The notes under the pieces: model-generated
What the model saw: the letters and a program-made list of their open reading frames with translations, nothing else
Told to the model about the DNA's origin: nothing
The model's database searches: none
In this document: piece by piece, positions 1 to 17,122 of the stretch
How the letters are laid out: each line of letters begins with the position of its first letter
Numbering within the stretch: the first letter of the stretch is position 1
DNA from: Eledone cirrhosa
Taxonomy: Eukaryota
Direction of reading: 5' to 3'
Length of the DNA stretch: 64,000 nt
Assembly: GCA_964016885.1 (NCBI GenBank)
Contig: OZ024740.1
Span: forward strand, 174,406,001 to 174,470,000
Translations under genes and position numbers: made by a program

Positions 1-909
1 ATATTCACTGCTTTTTGCCACACATTGTACATTATGAAAATCTAGTTGTGTTCTGTTGTATTTTTTTTTCCATCTGTATATAAACTGAGGTAATTTGTTC
101 TGAAAGTAAGTTCGTATAGACAATTCAAAGAATTTGCAATATTTATAACATTAGAAATGTTTTGCGTCTATCTGCAAGAGAATGCTATAGATCGCACATC
201 ACAGTTTGCAACTGGGTGAACCAGAAATGGGTATTTAATGTATCCTGTTTCTCTAAGTTAGTGGTATATAAAATAACTAGTACTTCTTTCGATAGTATTG
301 CGAGGAATTATAAAAGCCTTACGAAAATCAACTTCAAGATTAGATACAACCAGTAAGTACATTCATTCAGATACAAAGACAGACTTATTTCACGTTCCTA
401 TATAGATGTGCCTGGAAATTAAGAAACAATGGCATAGCAAACGTTCTAATTAACTGGAATATTTTCGATCCCACTCACCCTATTCCGTGCATCTACAGAG
501 CAAGTAACTGCACTTTCTGTATATCCGAGAAATTCCCTATTTTGAAATAGTCAGCAATATCGTTGAATAGGAAATCCGAGATCTTTTCCTTTAGTCATGA
601 TATGTTTACTATTTTCAAATCTAAGTATGATATCTCCTGCCGCATGTCACAGGCCATTCATAATAGTGATTCGCTGATAACTCGCACGAACGTACTCTCT
701 ACTATCAATAGTATACGCTACAGCCAGTCCCTTGACTGCCGTTCTTCATTAGCAGATATTAACTCTACCAATACATCTTTTTGTCACTTGATGTTAGCAC
801 GTCGTGAGAAACTAAGTGCCGAAGAGCCAAAAATAATTTTAAGTTGTTTTCAAATAAATTAACTACATGCATGCACTTAGCACGCTTTTCCGCATTTTTA
901 ACCTCAAAC

Positions 910-974
<65 letters not shown>

Positions 975-975
<1 letters not shown>

Positions 976-1402
976 TAGGATTGGTGCTCTGAAATTGTGA
1001 TGTATACATGAATGTATAGTATATTTGGTGATATACTGTATGTTTAATTAAAAACATTTTGAAAACCTTGCGCTATTATTTTAAAGTAGTGACTATGTCA
1101 CTTACTTCTTTTTTCAGCAAAGGAAGGGAGATAAGCTGACAGATCTGTTTCACACTGTTGGCGTTCATGAGAGCCGAGTACTCGCCGACCTCTGCCGAAA
1201 ATTATAGAGGCTGGATTCTTATAGAATTCCAGTAATAATCAGGAACTGATTTTACAGAGCGATTTCCGGTCCAGCAAAAATAAAAAATTAGGATTGGTGC
1301 TCTGAAATAGCGATGTATACATGAATGTATGTATAGTATATTTGGTGATGTACTGTACGTTTAATTAAACACATTTTGAAGACCTTGCGCTATTATTTTA
1401 AA
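975..1402 (-). mobile_element. Retrozyme-like partial tandem, ~313-bp unit
   Basis: 975-1085 is repeated at 1288-1402 (period 313). One hammerhead motif lies between the copies, and the minus-strand 3' end abuts the (TA)n at 911-970. Confidence 0.6.
1134..1175 (-). ncRNA. Minimal type I hammerhead ribozyme, core mutated (G5C)
   Basis: Minus strand reads ggct-CTCATGA-acgc caaca gtgt-GAAA-cagatct-GTC-agct. Helix III is the palindrome ACAGATCTGT. Confidence 0.7.
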
Positions 1403-1407
1403 CGTCT

Positions 1408-2347
1408 CTAACTCGAGTCAATTTCCTGGACGTTAACCTCAATCTCGAAAATGATCTGTACTACCCATACAGGATACCAAATGACAACCTTCACTACATC
1501 CACCGCCGCTCTAACCATCCTAGAAACATCACCAATAACCTGGTTAAAAAAATCTCCCTCCGCATATCTCGTTTGTCCGCTAATGAGCAGATATTCGATG
1601 AACATGCGCCTCGTTACAACCAGGCCCTCAAGCGAAGCAGCTTTCGGGAGGAAATCTCCTTTTATCCAGCTTCCCTTAGCGGGACCAGCAGGCGACGCTG
1701 CCGCTCACGCCACGTAACGTGGTTCAACCCTCCCCACAATGCCGAGGTGGCAACACCAATCGGGAAAATCTTCTTAAAGCTCATCGAAAAACACTTCCAC
1801 CAAAACACCGCTACGACAACATAATCAACAAAAACACTATCAAACTCTCCCACAGCACCACACTCAAATTCGCACAAAACATCGCCTCCTCAAACAACAA
1901 GAAACTCAACTCCTACGGAAGAAACAACCTAGACATTAGTGGAGAGCCGACCAGGTGGTGTAACTGCCCTGATATATCTACGTGCCCCCTCAACAACAGA
2001 TGCCGAGAACGTAACGTGATCTACCAATGCAACGTGAGGACGGAAAACTCCAACAAAGCCTATATAGGATTAACCGCTTGTGACTTTAAGACCCGGCTCT
2101 ACCAACACTGACATACTTTCTGAAACCCGGCCCGGCGACATGCCACTACACTTTCGGGTCACATCTGGGACCTCCAAGATAATATATTACCACGCTAAAA
2201 ATTCTAATTTAGTCCAGAAATAGCCGTCGAAACGGCTTGAGCTCTGCCGTCGGGGTTAAATATTTTCCTATTACCCACTCTACTACCTTAAGTATTGAGT
2301 ACTCTGGTGCGTTATGGTCCATCTAGTTCCTTACCACACTCCCTTCG

Positions 2348-2349
<2 letters not shown>
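1408..2349 (+). mobile_element. Penelope-like element fragment (RT thumb + Cys linker + GIY-YIG + pLTR end), family 1
   Basis: Near-copy of 54608-55380. Encodes WFNPPHN, CNCPDISTCPLNNRC and VIYQC...AYIGLT...FKTR. Internally deleted onto the 3' half of the pLTR hammerhead (GAAACGGC...GCCGTCGGGGT) and ends at GTTA into (TA)n. Confidence 0.9.
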
Positions 2350-2430
<81 letters not shown>

Positions 2431-3112
2431 GCTGTTGGTTTCAAATGTGGTAATGATGTCTTTCGAAGACGATGTTGATTCAGAGTGACGTCAATGGTGA
2501 TATTGATGGCAGTGTAGTATCAACGGTATAATGCATAGCAAGGGTTTGTTTCTTGCTATAATATTTTCATAGTGGTGTCATCTCTGCTTGTACAGTGTCA
2601 AACGCGACGTCAGCGGTGTTGATGTCAGATGGTGGTGTGATTAGTTGGTGTCGGTGATAATATCGAATGCAGTAGTGACGGTAGCCATGATGATAGTGTG
2701 ATGACTTGAAGCTAAAACACGATTAAACACTGTATTATTTATGTTATTTCTAGGCTTTTATCGTAACCATCCAAAAGCATTGGTAAATTCTTTCTGGTCA
2801 TGTTCATCGGCCAACTTTCCTATGCATACAACATTTCGAAAGCTTCAAATAGATCGTGTTAGAGCATAATTTCTTTCTTTTTTACTAAGTAATTGCGAAT
2901 GAGACGTGTCCTATATTTTAACCAACTAGAATATATCAGAGGTAGCATTTATAGTAGAAATACATATATATCAACACATATATATTGACACCCTTACAAA
3001 CTCTGCTGGCATAGGAAAAGAAAAAAACAAGCGTGACGTATAGTGATTGCCAAATGTTTACATTATGTTACCCTATCAGGTATCTGAAACGTTATCACAT
3101 GACATTATTTTT

Positions 3113-3655
3113 AGGGTCGGACGCCATGCTTTCCAACATAGTTACGTCCCTTTGCGGTCTGAGTTCAAATCCCGCCGAGGTTAACTTTGCCTTTCATCCT
3201 TACAGGGTCGATAAAATAAAGTACCAGTAATGCACTGGGTAATTGCTGGCCTTGTGCCAAAAGTAGAAACAATTATTTTTAGGGTCTGACGCCATTCTTT
3301 GCAGCAAAGAGTGACGGCCCTTTATGGTCTGAGTTCAAATCCCGCAGAGGTTAACTTTGCCTTTCATCCTTACGGGATCGATAAAATAAAGTACCAGTAA
3401 TACACTGGAATAATTGATGGCCTTGTGCCAAAAGTAGAAACAATTATTTTTAATACCATGAGGGTAGTGGATTGGCAGTATCGGTAGAGGAGTCGTACGC
3501 CATGCGTTGCAGCATAGAGTGACGGCCCTTTACGATCTGAGTTCAAATCCCACCGAGGTTAACTTTGTCTTTCATCCTTAAGGGGTCGATAAAATAAAGC
3601 ACCAGTAATGTACTGGGATAATTGCTGGCCTTGTGCCAAAAGTAGAAACAATTAT
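3113..3655 (+). mobile_element. Three tandem tRNA-derived SINE copies
   Basis: Repeats of GAGTTCAAATCCC (B box)-GCCGAGGTTAACTTTGCCTTTCATCCTTACGGGGTCGATAAAATAAAGTACCAG-...GGCCTTGTGCCAAAAGTAGAAACAATTATT. The third copy (from 3462) has the A-box head TGGCAGTATCGG. Confidence 0.9.
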
Positions 3656-4164
3656 TTTTAATACCATATCGAAAGACAGTTATGTGCTTATGAATGTTGA
3701 CTACGTGTATCTTAAAGAGAGCGTGTGTGTGACATTAAATGCAGAATCATTGCTATATTGCTTCCGAGAATATCTTCCATTTCTGTCTATGTATCTATAT
3801 ATTTATAATTCTATTTCTTTCAGATTCTCTTTCACTACTATTTCTCTCTTATCTGTCTCTTCATATACGAACACATGCATGTACATATTTTTTCCTCTCG
3901 AGCTTGGAGGCTCATAAGGCCGAGTTTCCGTGGCGTGAAGACTCCCCCACCCTGGAGAGGATGCCAGTCCATTGCAGGGTTAAACCCCCAACTATTGCTG
4001 GTGCTCATTTTCAACTGCAAAGCGACGTTCTTTTGCTCAAGAAGACAACATGCAGCCCAGGGATCGAATCCACTACATTATGATTTTAAGTCCAACACCT
4101 TTACCACTAGGCCACGCGCCTCCACATTTACACCACACACACAGACACATATAACGCATCTGAT

Positions 4165-5595
<1,431 letters not shown>

Positions 5596-5619
5596 CTGAC
5601 CCCCAATGACCTTATAGAC

Positions 5620-6141
<522 letters not shown>

Positions 6142-6636
6142 TACAATAACAGAGATAGTTTAAAGCTAAACTCTGACTGGTAACCATCTCACTCAACAAA
6201 CATTAGGTTACATTAAAATATAAACCCAATTTAAGTGTTTGGGGTGCTAACAATATGTATAATGTGGAAAAACCAGTTGTATTATTTTATGAGATATAAT
6301 TAAAGTTAAAGTATATCTCTCTTTCCAAACAATTGTTTCATTATAAGTTTTCTACAAGTTTGGGAGAATATTTCCAGTTTATGTAGAAGCCTAATATATA
6401 TTCATGTAAGAATATATTTATGTGGGCACTTATAAATCGTCAGTGGAAGCCCATTAAACATTGATATAAGAAAACAAATATCTTACCGCTGTCAAAAATA
6501 ATGTCCGTACAGTAGCTCTCTCTTACCTCGAATGACCGCCAAAGTTGAAATTCCAGCAGTTTTTGACTGAGGAAGTATAATAGCGACACGAAGCGGGAAG
6601 GGGAGACAACCCACGAAATGAGGAAAAAAATAATAT

Positions 6637-7008
6637 ACACGCGGGTTAATTAGTTTTTTGAAAACATTATCAATCCGACGTGTTTAAGAACTCAATTGAA
6701 AATAAAAAAATAAATATATGCTTGTATAAATTACACACGCATATAGATATTTTCTTAGGCTAAATCAGAAGTTGTACCCGAATAAGAACCGCTTCTCATA
6801 ACCGCAGTAAATGCAGAAAGTTATGCTATAAAGGGCAAATGGGAATATAATTCTCCGGCCGAATTAAGAGTAAAATATAAAACACACGCGGGTTAATTAG
6901 TTATTTCAAAACCAATATCGTGTAAAGAACTCAATTAATAAAAGAAAATAAATACATATATGCGTGTAATTATATACGTAGGCATATATATATATTTTCT
7001 TAGGCTAA
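6637..7008. repeat. Degenerate two-copy direct repeat, period ~247 bp
   Basis: ACACGCGGGTTAATTAGTT...AAGAACTCAATT...ATATTTTCTTAGGCTAA occurs at ~6637-6763 and ~6884-7008. Confidence 0.75.
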
Positions 7009-7822
7009 CGAGCTCACCTGGAGTGCTTGGAAAAATAAATTTCCCCTTCTTTCAGTAAATGAAAATACTCGGCGTGGCTTAATTCGCCATGGGGCCCGGG
7101 GCGCGGCCGGTGTTTTAACCGCCAAATAGTACCTTTAAATTACAGAACAAATCGGAACTATTATATAATTAAATGTTAAACTGTTGAACTTTAAATTTTC
7201 TAACCTCTTTAATATTGAATATTGATTATTAATTTTTTTAACTTCATCCTAGAAGTCTAAACACTGTAAAACACTGACTCCCAATATATTCACCTCTGCT
7301 AAGATGCGGGTCCCTGTGAAAATTTTCTCGCGCCACTCCTGGCTTGACTGTGGTCTGACATTAATATCGACCTTTCTTCCTCTTTCTTTCTATCTTCCTT
7401 CTTGTAGCCATCAACCCTTACTTTTTTACTTCTCTCTTCCCTTCCTTCTCTTCTCCCCTCCTCCTGTCTTCCTCCCGCAGACTTATCTTCCTTCCCCCTC
7501 TTGCTTGCCTATATCTGACCAGTAGTAGTTGCCTTCCTCTTTTAGCTGACATTAACCCTGGCTTCTCTTCTTCTTTTTTCCCCCTTCTTCTCTCTCCTTC
7601 CTTTCTTTCTTTCTTTTACCTTGTGTCATGGGATCGACGTTAACTTATGCTCCCATCCCTTTCTGTTTTCGTTCACCTGACCGGTAGTAGCATACTATAA
7701 AATTTAGCCACGTCACTCCAGGGCGACCGGCTGAGGTTGAAGGAACAGAATAGCGGTCGCCCTCGGGTCTCGATTTTCAGCCCCATGGATTTTACCTATT
7801 ACATTCACGTATTATATTTCGA

Positions 7823-7880
7823 ATACCTGATGATATCACCGGATTCATACGGAACCCGGTCATTGAAATGATCATAGTAT
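7823..7880 (+). ncRNA. Type I hammerhead ribozyme
   Basis: atac-CTGATGA-tatc accgg...ccggt catt-GAAA-tgatc-ATA-gtat. Helix III is the palindrome ATGATCAT, followed by AATAAA. Confidence 0.75.
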
Positions 7881-8071
7881 AATAAACCTTTCAAGGATTT
7901 ACACAAATCCAGCCTCCTGTCATTTCATTATAATATTTAACTCCGTAATAGCACCACCAACTACAAAAACAAAGACGTTTGAACTGCTTTACGTTGAGTA
8001 CTCTCTATATTATTGCATTACGATTGACCATACGGAATAGACCAGCTCTATACAGTGGTGAACCTCAAACC

Positions 8072-8137
<66 letters not shown>

Positions 8138-8141
8138 CATA

Positions 8142-8762
8142 TAAACAATTAAGTTAAAAATGTACATCCACATATGTATACTGAAATACTAGTATGCATA
8201 TGAATACACACACGTGTACATATGTAGATGTACCGAGTTTTTCACTGGTCACTTTACTGTGAGTGTCCAGCTATTCTGTATGTAAACACACAGACAAACC
8301 GGTTTTTATCGTCTCCGTTGAACCGGTACGTACTCACGCTCTATGCAAATTAGTCTGCCCACTACTAATTTTCATAGAAAAAGCATATAACGATATGTGC
8401 TTTTACGATTCTCTAGAAAGGCCGGAAGATAGGTAAATATTGCTGATGAGATGTAACAACATCGAAACTAGTCCAATATTCCTTGTCTGGCTTTCTGGAG
8501 AATAGAGGAAAGGTGATGTATGACTCTAAAAACCGGTTTGTCTTTGTGTTTACATACAGAATAGCTGGACACTCACAGTAAAGTGACCAGTGAAAAACTC
8601 GGTACATCTACATATGTACACGTGTGTGTATTCATATGCATACTAGTATTTCAGTATACATATGTGGATGTACATTTTTAACTTAATTGTTTAAGCGTCA
8701 GTCATACAAAAGTGAGTTACAAACGAAACGAAATTTAATTTCGTTTCGTTATTTGTTTTTAT
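8142..8762 (+). mobile_element. Retrozyme-like element: one ~460-bp monomer plus 5' inverted arm
   Basis: ~8302-8762 is homologous to the 469-bp unit at 58311-59207. 8142-8307 is the reverse complement of ~8527-8693. Flanked by (TA)n on both sides. Confidence 0.85.
8436..8480 (+). ncRNA. Canonical minimal type I hammerhead ribozyme
   Basis: aatattg-CTGATGA-gatg taacaa catc-GAAA-cta-GTC-caatatt. Perfect 7-bp helix I, GUC cleavage site, ACTAGT palindrome. Confidence 0.92.
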
Positions 8763-8772
8763 TTACATATAC

Positions 8773-8843
<71 letters not shown>

Positions 8844-9103
8844 CAGTGTGAGTGTTCATATATATATGTGTCGAATGCAGATAACAACTTCGTGGTTATC
8901 GGCTATCGATATTTTAATCACCTATCGACAGTACTGTTCGTCCATTAGGTACCACAATGTCTAATAAATAGCAAGAACAGTCCTAGAGAATTTTAAAAGA
9001 CTAAGAACGAGACGAAAATACAGTACAGAACGCAGATTTAAACGATAAAGTAAACAAAACAAACTTACGGGAAATTACAGATCGAGGACAAAATATATAA
9101 ATA

Positions 9104-10230
9104 ACTAGCGGCAGGATCCGGCGTTGCACGGGGTAGGAAATGTGAAATAACAACACGTATATGCAAATATTGAGGAATGTAGCTGTGTACTTTTTGAATT
9201 CCCTTATTCTCAGGGAATAATTGTTCATCTACTGGAAACGTAGAACACGAGCAGGCCGAATCCAGTAGTAGCAATATCAGTGGGTTGATTTCGGAAATCC
9301 TGTATGCGAAAGGAGTAAGTGTTGTGGGGCGATGTATGTCGTAAGTCTGTTCACGAATTACGTCACGGATGGGGAACACACTTCAGTCTGAAGGAGCGAC
9401 GTGTGAAAACCAAGTAGGGATGTACGTTTAAGTAGGCATATTGAGATGACGAAATCAGCGTGGCAACGCAGCTGCGGCAGAAGGGGGGTCATAGTGCAAT
9501 TAGCATAAACGCTGGGCGGCACTGGTTGCACTTGTTGCACTGGTTGCACTGCGTTTACACAGCAACAAGGTGCGACAAAAGGGGTCACCTCAGAATTAGC
9601 ACAACCGCTGTTCGGCGTACTTGCACAGGTCGTTCATACTGCAGTGTAGGTGCAACAAAAGGAGTATTAGTAGAAGTAGCACAAACGTGAGTTTTACGGT
9701 GTCAATAAATCGGCAACGTACACAGGGCCCGGATTTGCGCGTGATGAAAGCACGAAGCGTCAACAGGGCGCCGACAAAAATGTTAAGGTCCTCCTCATTT
9801 CCTCAATCCCCCGAAAATGGTTCTGCTTAAAAGTAAGTGTTGTGTCCTCTGTTAAATAAACCAATTTTTAACGAAATATTATACGCTACTTACGATGTTT
9901 AAGTAGCGTTTATATTGAAAATGAAAATGTTATGTAATGCCCAATTCTAATTCGTAAATTTCCTAGAAACCATTAATGGAATCGGAAATTTTTGTCCACA
10001 GCAATTCGAGGGGACTAACTAATGTGTGCTGCAAATTTCGAGGAAATCAGCTAGATTATCTTTTAGTTACACCTCAAAATATCTTTAAAATGCGGTTTTT
10101 CGCCTAATGCAGAAAAAGTTAAAAAACATTTTAGCCCATTGCACTTCAAGAAATATAAGTAACGCATTGAAAATAATCGGTCGGGTACTTCTCGAGTTTT
10201 ACACAGACAGACAGACATCCTCTGTTTTAT
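9104..10230. mobile_element. Non-autonomous Helitron/Helentron-type element
   Basis: One end is ACTAG followed by the hairpin CCGGCGTTGCACGGG. The other end is TTCTCGAGTTTT-ACAGACAGACAGAC-...TTTTATATAT. This layout is typical of invertebrate non-autonomous Helitron/HINE-like elements. Confidence 0.6.
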
Positions 10231-10250
10231 ATATATATATATATATATAT

Positions 10251-10725
<475 letters not shown>

Positions 10726-11707
10726 AATGCTTGTATTAATAAATTAACATATGAAAACGTTAGAGTACTCAAAATTTCATCAATTGAAACAGTCAGTATC
10801 ATCGATTTTAACACAGAAATATCCGCCGGACTAAAAAAATCTACCTCTAAGCTGATACAGTACTGTTTCAAATTCCGTGGAGAATCCACTGGTCAATGAT
10901 TAATAACAAATCTATCACCAATAAGTTCCGGACGTCTGCAGTCCTATGAGGGATTTTAAAAAAAAGTACCTTACTAAATTTTTAGGTCGGTGCCGGTACC
11001 CCACCTGTAGCATTAACTCCTATTCTGTCATCAAGTGACAGCAGTAGTGGCAGACTGGCAGGGGTTGGCGTTATGCTTAAAAGCAGCATGACGTCAACAA
11101 TATGGAGCATTCAACCATAATTCAAGAAACGATTTTAGGAGTTGATTATAATATTAATATATATAATTATCTCGTACAGGGATAACTGAATCTCACTTCT
11201 GTCGAAGTTCAATATTTTATTCTTCCATTAACAATCATATATTAAAATAGGCGATTACATAATTTAAACCGTTGAAATATTTAACAAGGTTTTATAAAAA
11301 ATAAAGACATACAATTGTGAAGATGTAATTGTCATAGGATATGACATCAAATATGTTATAATATATATTTTTAATCCCGCTAAGTTAAAAGTTTCTGAAT
11401 ATGCAGGATCCTTAGGGAAACGAAAATATCTCAGTAGGATTAAGTAACGAGTCTTTATGTTATAAATTCCCACTTTGCTTCCCATATTTCCTTGATCGAT
11501 AAAATCAGGTACCAGTCAAGAAGTGCGGCCGGCATAATATTCGGATAAATCCTCCTAGAAATGAAGTAAATCATAATAAAAAACAAAATCAAAGAATACT
11601 TTGTTTCTCTTTCCCTATTCCTGACATACTTGATCTATTCAAACAGCTATACCGTCTATTGTAAGAAATTCTTACATTTATTTCTTAATAATTAATAACA
11701 GTCTATC

Positions 11708-11740
<33 letters not shown>

Positions 11741-12483
11741 GTCTGTCTATCTATCTCTCTATCTTTCTATCTCTCTCTCTATCTATATAAATGTCTGTCT
11801 GTCTGGTTATCTATTAATATATTTTATTTTAGTTTTGTTTATTTATATATTTATTACCTTCCTATCTATCCTTATAAATATGCAATTCTGTCAGTTTCGA
11901 GACATTTCCTTTAATGAATAACAAAAGGTAAAAAAACAACGAAGCGCCATGTGAACGATCACTCTTCCAGAAATCTCAATTTTGCGTGACTTCAGCGGCC
12001 ATTAAATAACTGCACGATCAAAATGTATGACGTTGTCTGAACCAATATATGCATCTAATGTCAAAGAGTAGAGTTCATCAGCCAATCGCTGCAAACGTAT
12101 AATTTTATAATTTATTGTATTGGAGATATCTTTTTCATGCAAATCCTGAAGATATGATACTGTTCTCATTCTGAGCTATTTTTATAGTGAACTCTAACGT
12201 TGATTCGCCATTGCTTTTTCTCTGTTCTCTGAAAAAACCTGAGACAGATTTGGCATATTTCCAATACAGAACAATAGACACCTTAATCACTGATCTTATC
12301 AAATCCACGCTCTTATCAGTTTTCCCTTCCATCCTCGATATCAAATTTCCAGATGCATAGATTGAATCAGTTTAAGATAAGTGTTTTGTCCTGTAACTAG
12401 AGATAATTCCATCAGCTATATACCATTGCCTCGATATATGAACCACAACCATTTTTAAACAGTTATATTTCTGCTTTCATATT

Positions 12484-12618
<135 letters not shown>

Positions 12619-12621
12619 CAT

Positions 12622-12652
<31 letters not shown>

Positions 12653-12654
12653 CA

Positions 12655-14092
<1,438 letters not shown>

Positions 14093-14093
14093 T

Positions 14094-14648
14094 AGATGGT
14101 GCGCAGGAGTATTGGATTAAAAATATAACATCCCTCCACCCGAAACTGACAATCATGTTCAATGACTACTTGATGTTAGGTGAGGTACCAGAGTGGTTGA
14201 CAAAAGGTACCACAATTCTGGTAATGAAAGACCGAATCAAGGGTAATGATGTTACCAACTATAAACCTATCACATGTCTGTCCGTAATGTGGAAACTGTT
14301 AACAAGCATTGTGTCTCAGGAAATCTACCATCACCTCCACCTAAACAACTTGTTACCGGACGAACAGATAGGATGCAGAAAGAAGTCCGTGGTACAAAGG
14401 GCCAGTTACTTATTGATAAGATCATAATGAGGAATTGCAAGAGGAGACACACTGGTCTTGCCATGGGATGGATAGACTACAAAAAGGCATTCGACATGGT
14501 ACCTCATTCTTGGATAACCAAAAGCCTAGAGATCGTCAAGGTGGCAGATAACATCAGACAGTTGTTGAGCAAAAGTATGAAGTCCTGGAAAACAGAGTTA
14601 ACATCGGCTGGAGAATCCTTGGGAGGCGTGAAGATCAAGAGAGGTATC
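14094..14648 (+). mobile_element. R4/Dong-clade LINE RT fragment
   Basis: Near-identical to 34203-34758 ([21 protein letters not shown]). Confidence 0.92.
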
Positions 14649-17122
14649 AATTTCGCCGCAAATACGTCGGTCCCGATGCCTTTGCTAAGCGCCTCGTCTA
14701 ATTTTCTAACTAATTCTCCCTCTGCTCTATTTTTCTCTATTGCTAAAGCCTTACTAAACCTAATGGACTCTATTCTAATCGCTCTTTTCAGAGCAAACCA
14801 CCACTTGTTGTTGGCGATGGCCCCCGTCAACGCCCGCTTAACTAGTTCGCTAATCCGGTCTCTGTGGGCCTTGCGCGCTGGTAAGGACGCGTTTAGCTTC
14901 CAGTAGCCGGGTCCTCGTCTATGAAGCCTATCTAAGTCAAGCACACAGATCACGAATGTGTGGTCCGTGTAGCTGACTATCCTGAATTGTGGACAGCCTA
15001 TGCTAGACCTATCTATTTCCCTACAAAATACTCTATCTAGATATGATCTGGATGACCCTATGCGATTTGTCCAAGTCCACATTGGCACATTCGGGAAATC
15101 CAATCGGTCAGACAGTTCAAAACGCCTGAGCAGGTTGGTGAGGCTCTTGCACCCTCCTCCCCTATCCGCTAATCCCACACAGTCTCAGCGTGCATCTAAG
15201 ATCCCGTTCCAGTCGCCCACTAACACTAAAGAGCGGGACGTTCCAAGAAAGGTCTCCAGACGCCGGAAGAAATCAGGCCGCCCTGCTCATGTCGGGGCAT
15301 AGACGGCTACTAGCCTGAAAGCTTTCCCGTCTCCGCTAGTCACGTCCAGCACTACCAACTTACCTTCTGGGTCCAGGAAGATGGCCGTATGGCGAGATCC
15401 AGACCTCTCCGAAAAAGCACAGCAAATCCTCCCCCGATCCAGGACGACTGGGAGATGCGTACACATCGTAGCCGCCGAAGATCGGTGCGAAGGCCCGTGC
15501 TTCGGAGATTCTGGTCTCGCTGATGGCCACCACATCTATATTTAGCGACCTGAGATCGTTGAGCAGGTGGCCCTGCTTCCAAGACGACCCCAGGCCACGT
15601 ACATTTATGTTACCTCTTCTGAGAGTAGCCATGTTAGCTAGGATAGGAGGAAAACAAGTGAGAGGGGAGAGGTACAAAAAATTACCTGTGGCTCTTCTTT
15701 AGGAAGGGGGTAGGTGATCCATCCCTCCGACCATTAGTGGGTTTCTCCACGAGAATATCCGTGAATATTCTTTTGGTGATGTTCCCTCGGTAGTCTCCAA
15801 TTGATGTGGGGAACATTTTTTTTAATATGTAATTTTTGTGTGTAATTTCTATTATTTTTATGTGTGTGGGGGTGCAATTTTGGTGGTTTGTACGGAGTTT
15901 GTTTCTGTGGTGTTGGTGTGGTGTTGAATGTAATTTAAAAGCTATGTGTTGTCTGTGTCTATGGCTGTGTATTGTGTCTGCTGTTTGGGTGTTGGTGTTT
16001 TCTGTGTTTGCTGTCGTGTTGTTGGAGGTGACGATGGGGTAGATGGTAATGGTGGTGGTGGTGGTGGCGACGGGGTGGTGGCGGTGGTGTTGGTGGTGGT
16101 GGTGGTGGTGATGGTGTAGGTGGTTGTGGAGGTGTGGCTGTTGATGGTGGTGGAGGAGGTGGGGTAGTTTTCATTTTCTTTTTTTTTAAGGTTCTTTCTT
16201 CCTCTTTTTTTTGGGGGGGGTGTGAGGGTAGGGAGTTCTTCCTTTTTTTGTTGGAATAGTTCTCCACTCTTCGGCCTCATCGCACTTCTTGTCCGATTTG
16301 GCTATATCAGGAAGGGGTATGCTTTCCATTGGTTTTGTGGGTGGTGGAAGAGATGGTGTTTTTGTTGTTGGGGATGGTGTTTTCTCTTCTGCCACGGTGT
16401 TCTTTGTTTGTTTGTCTGATCCAGTTGCAGGGCACGGCGTAGGGAGAAGAGGTGGGCGCGTGCCTGTTTTGGTAATTTTGGAGCAGAATGCCTCTTGTCA
16501 CCACATCCATGACACTTTGGGCGCCTACCTTCGACAGTCACGGGTAGATGGCTGCCGTCGTCAAAGTCTATTACATCGGGGATGGCCTCAACGCTTTCGT
16601 GGTTTGCTTGGATGATTAGCACCATCCCCGACCCTGTCCAATTTTCCTGTCTTATTCGTATGACGTTGAGTATGGTTGTTGAATCTTCAACGTCAGCGAG
16701 GACGGCTGCCGTCAACCACGCCATCTCTACTGAGGGTGGAACCTGGCCTACTCGAACCCTCACGACTCTCTGGCTGCAATATGTGGGCACCATTGTGATT
16801 TCGTCGCTGCGGAGTGGTGCAATGGAGTGTGCTCTGGCTTCCTCTGGTCTAGCAAAGAGCACATCCACAGTGCCATATCTCGATCCCCGGGCTATATGTT
16901 TTCTGTGCCCAGACGGCACCCATAGCTCTTTGGATCTGTGACTCCGTTGCCCGTTCAACTCGCCTGGATTTTGAACTGATCGTGCGATAACTGACCGAAC
17001 ACAAAAGTTTGTTTCTTATTATCTCAGCTGGGCGGGTGAGACTTACTCAGTGTCCGTTTTTTTTTACCAAGACCTTTGCTTGTTTAATCTCTTCGTTAGT
17101 GATGTTTATTTGCTCAAATTTG
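14648..17122 (-). mobile_element. L1/Tx1-clade LINE copy A (partial ORF1, APE endonuclease; 3' part lost)
   Basis: ORF1 remnant with RPKCHGCGDKRH zinc knuckle. ORF2 starts at 15632 (MATLRRGNINVRGL; SET; GDWN; SYLDRVF; TDH; GPGYWKLN). Frameshifted. Confidence 0.9.

Noticed and set aside
2107-2125. In-frame TGA codons in the Naiad-like ORF as selenocysteine recoding
   Set aside because: The sister copy has CGA at both positions (~55312 and ~55324), so these are CpG-decay stops at Arg codons, not Cys positions. No SECIS was identified.
3462-3560. tRNA gene
   Set aside because: A/B boxes belong to a SINE head; no cloverleaf, and it continues into the SINE core.
6785-6840. Possible hammerhead (CTCATAA...GAAA...CTA) inside the 247-bp repeat
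   Set aside because: Two core mismatches and no convincing helix I.
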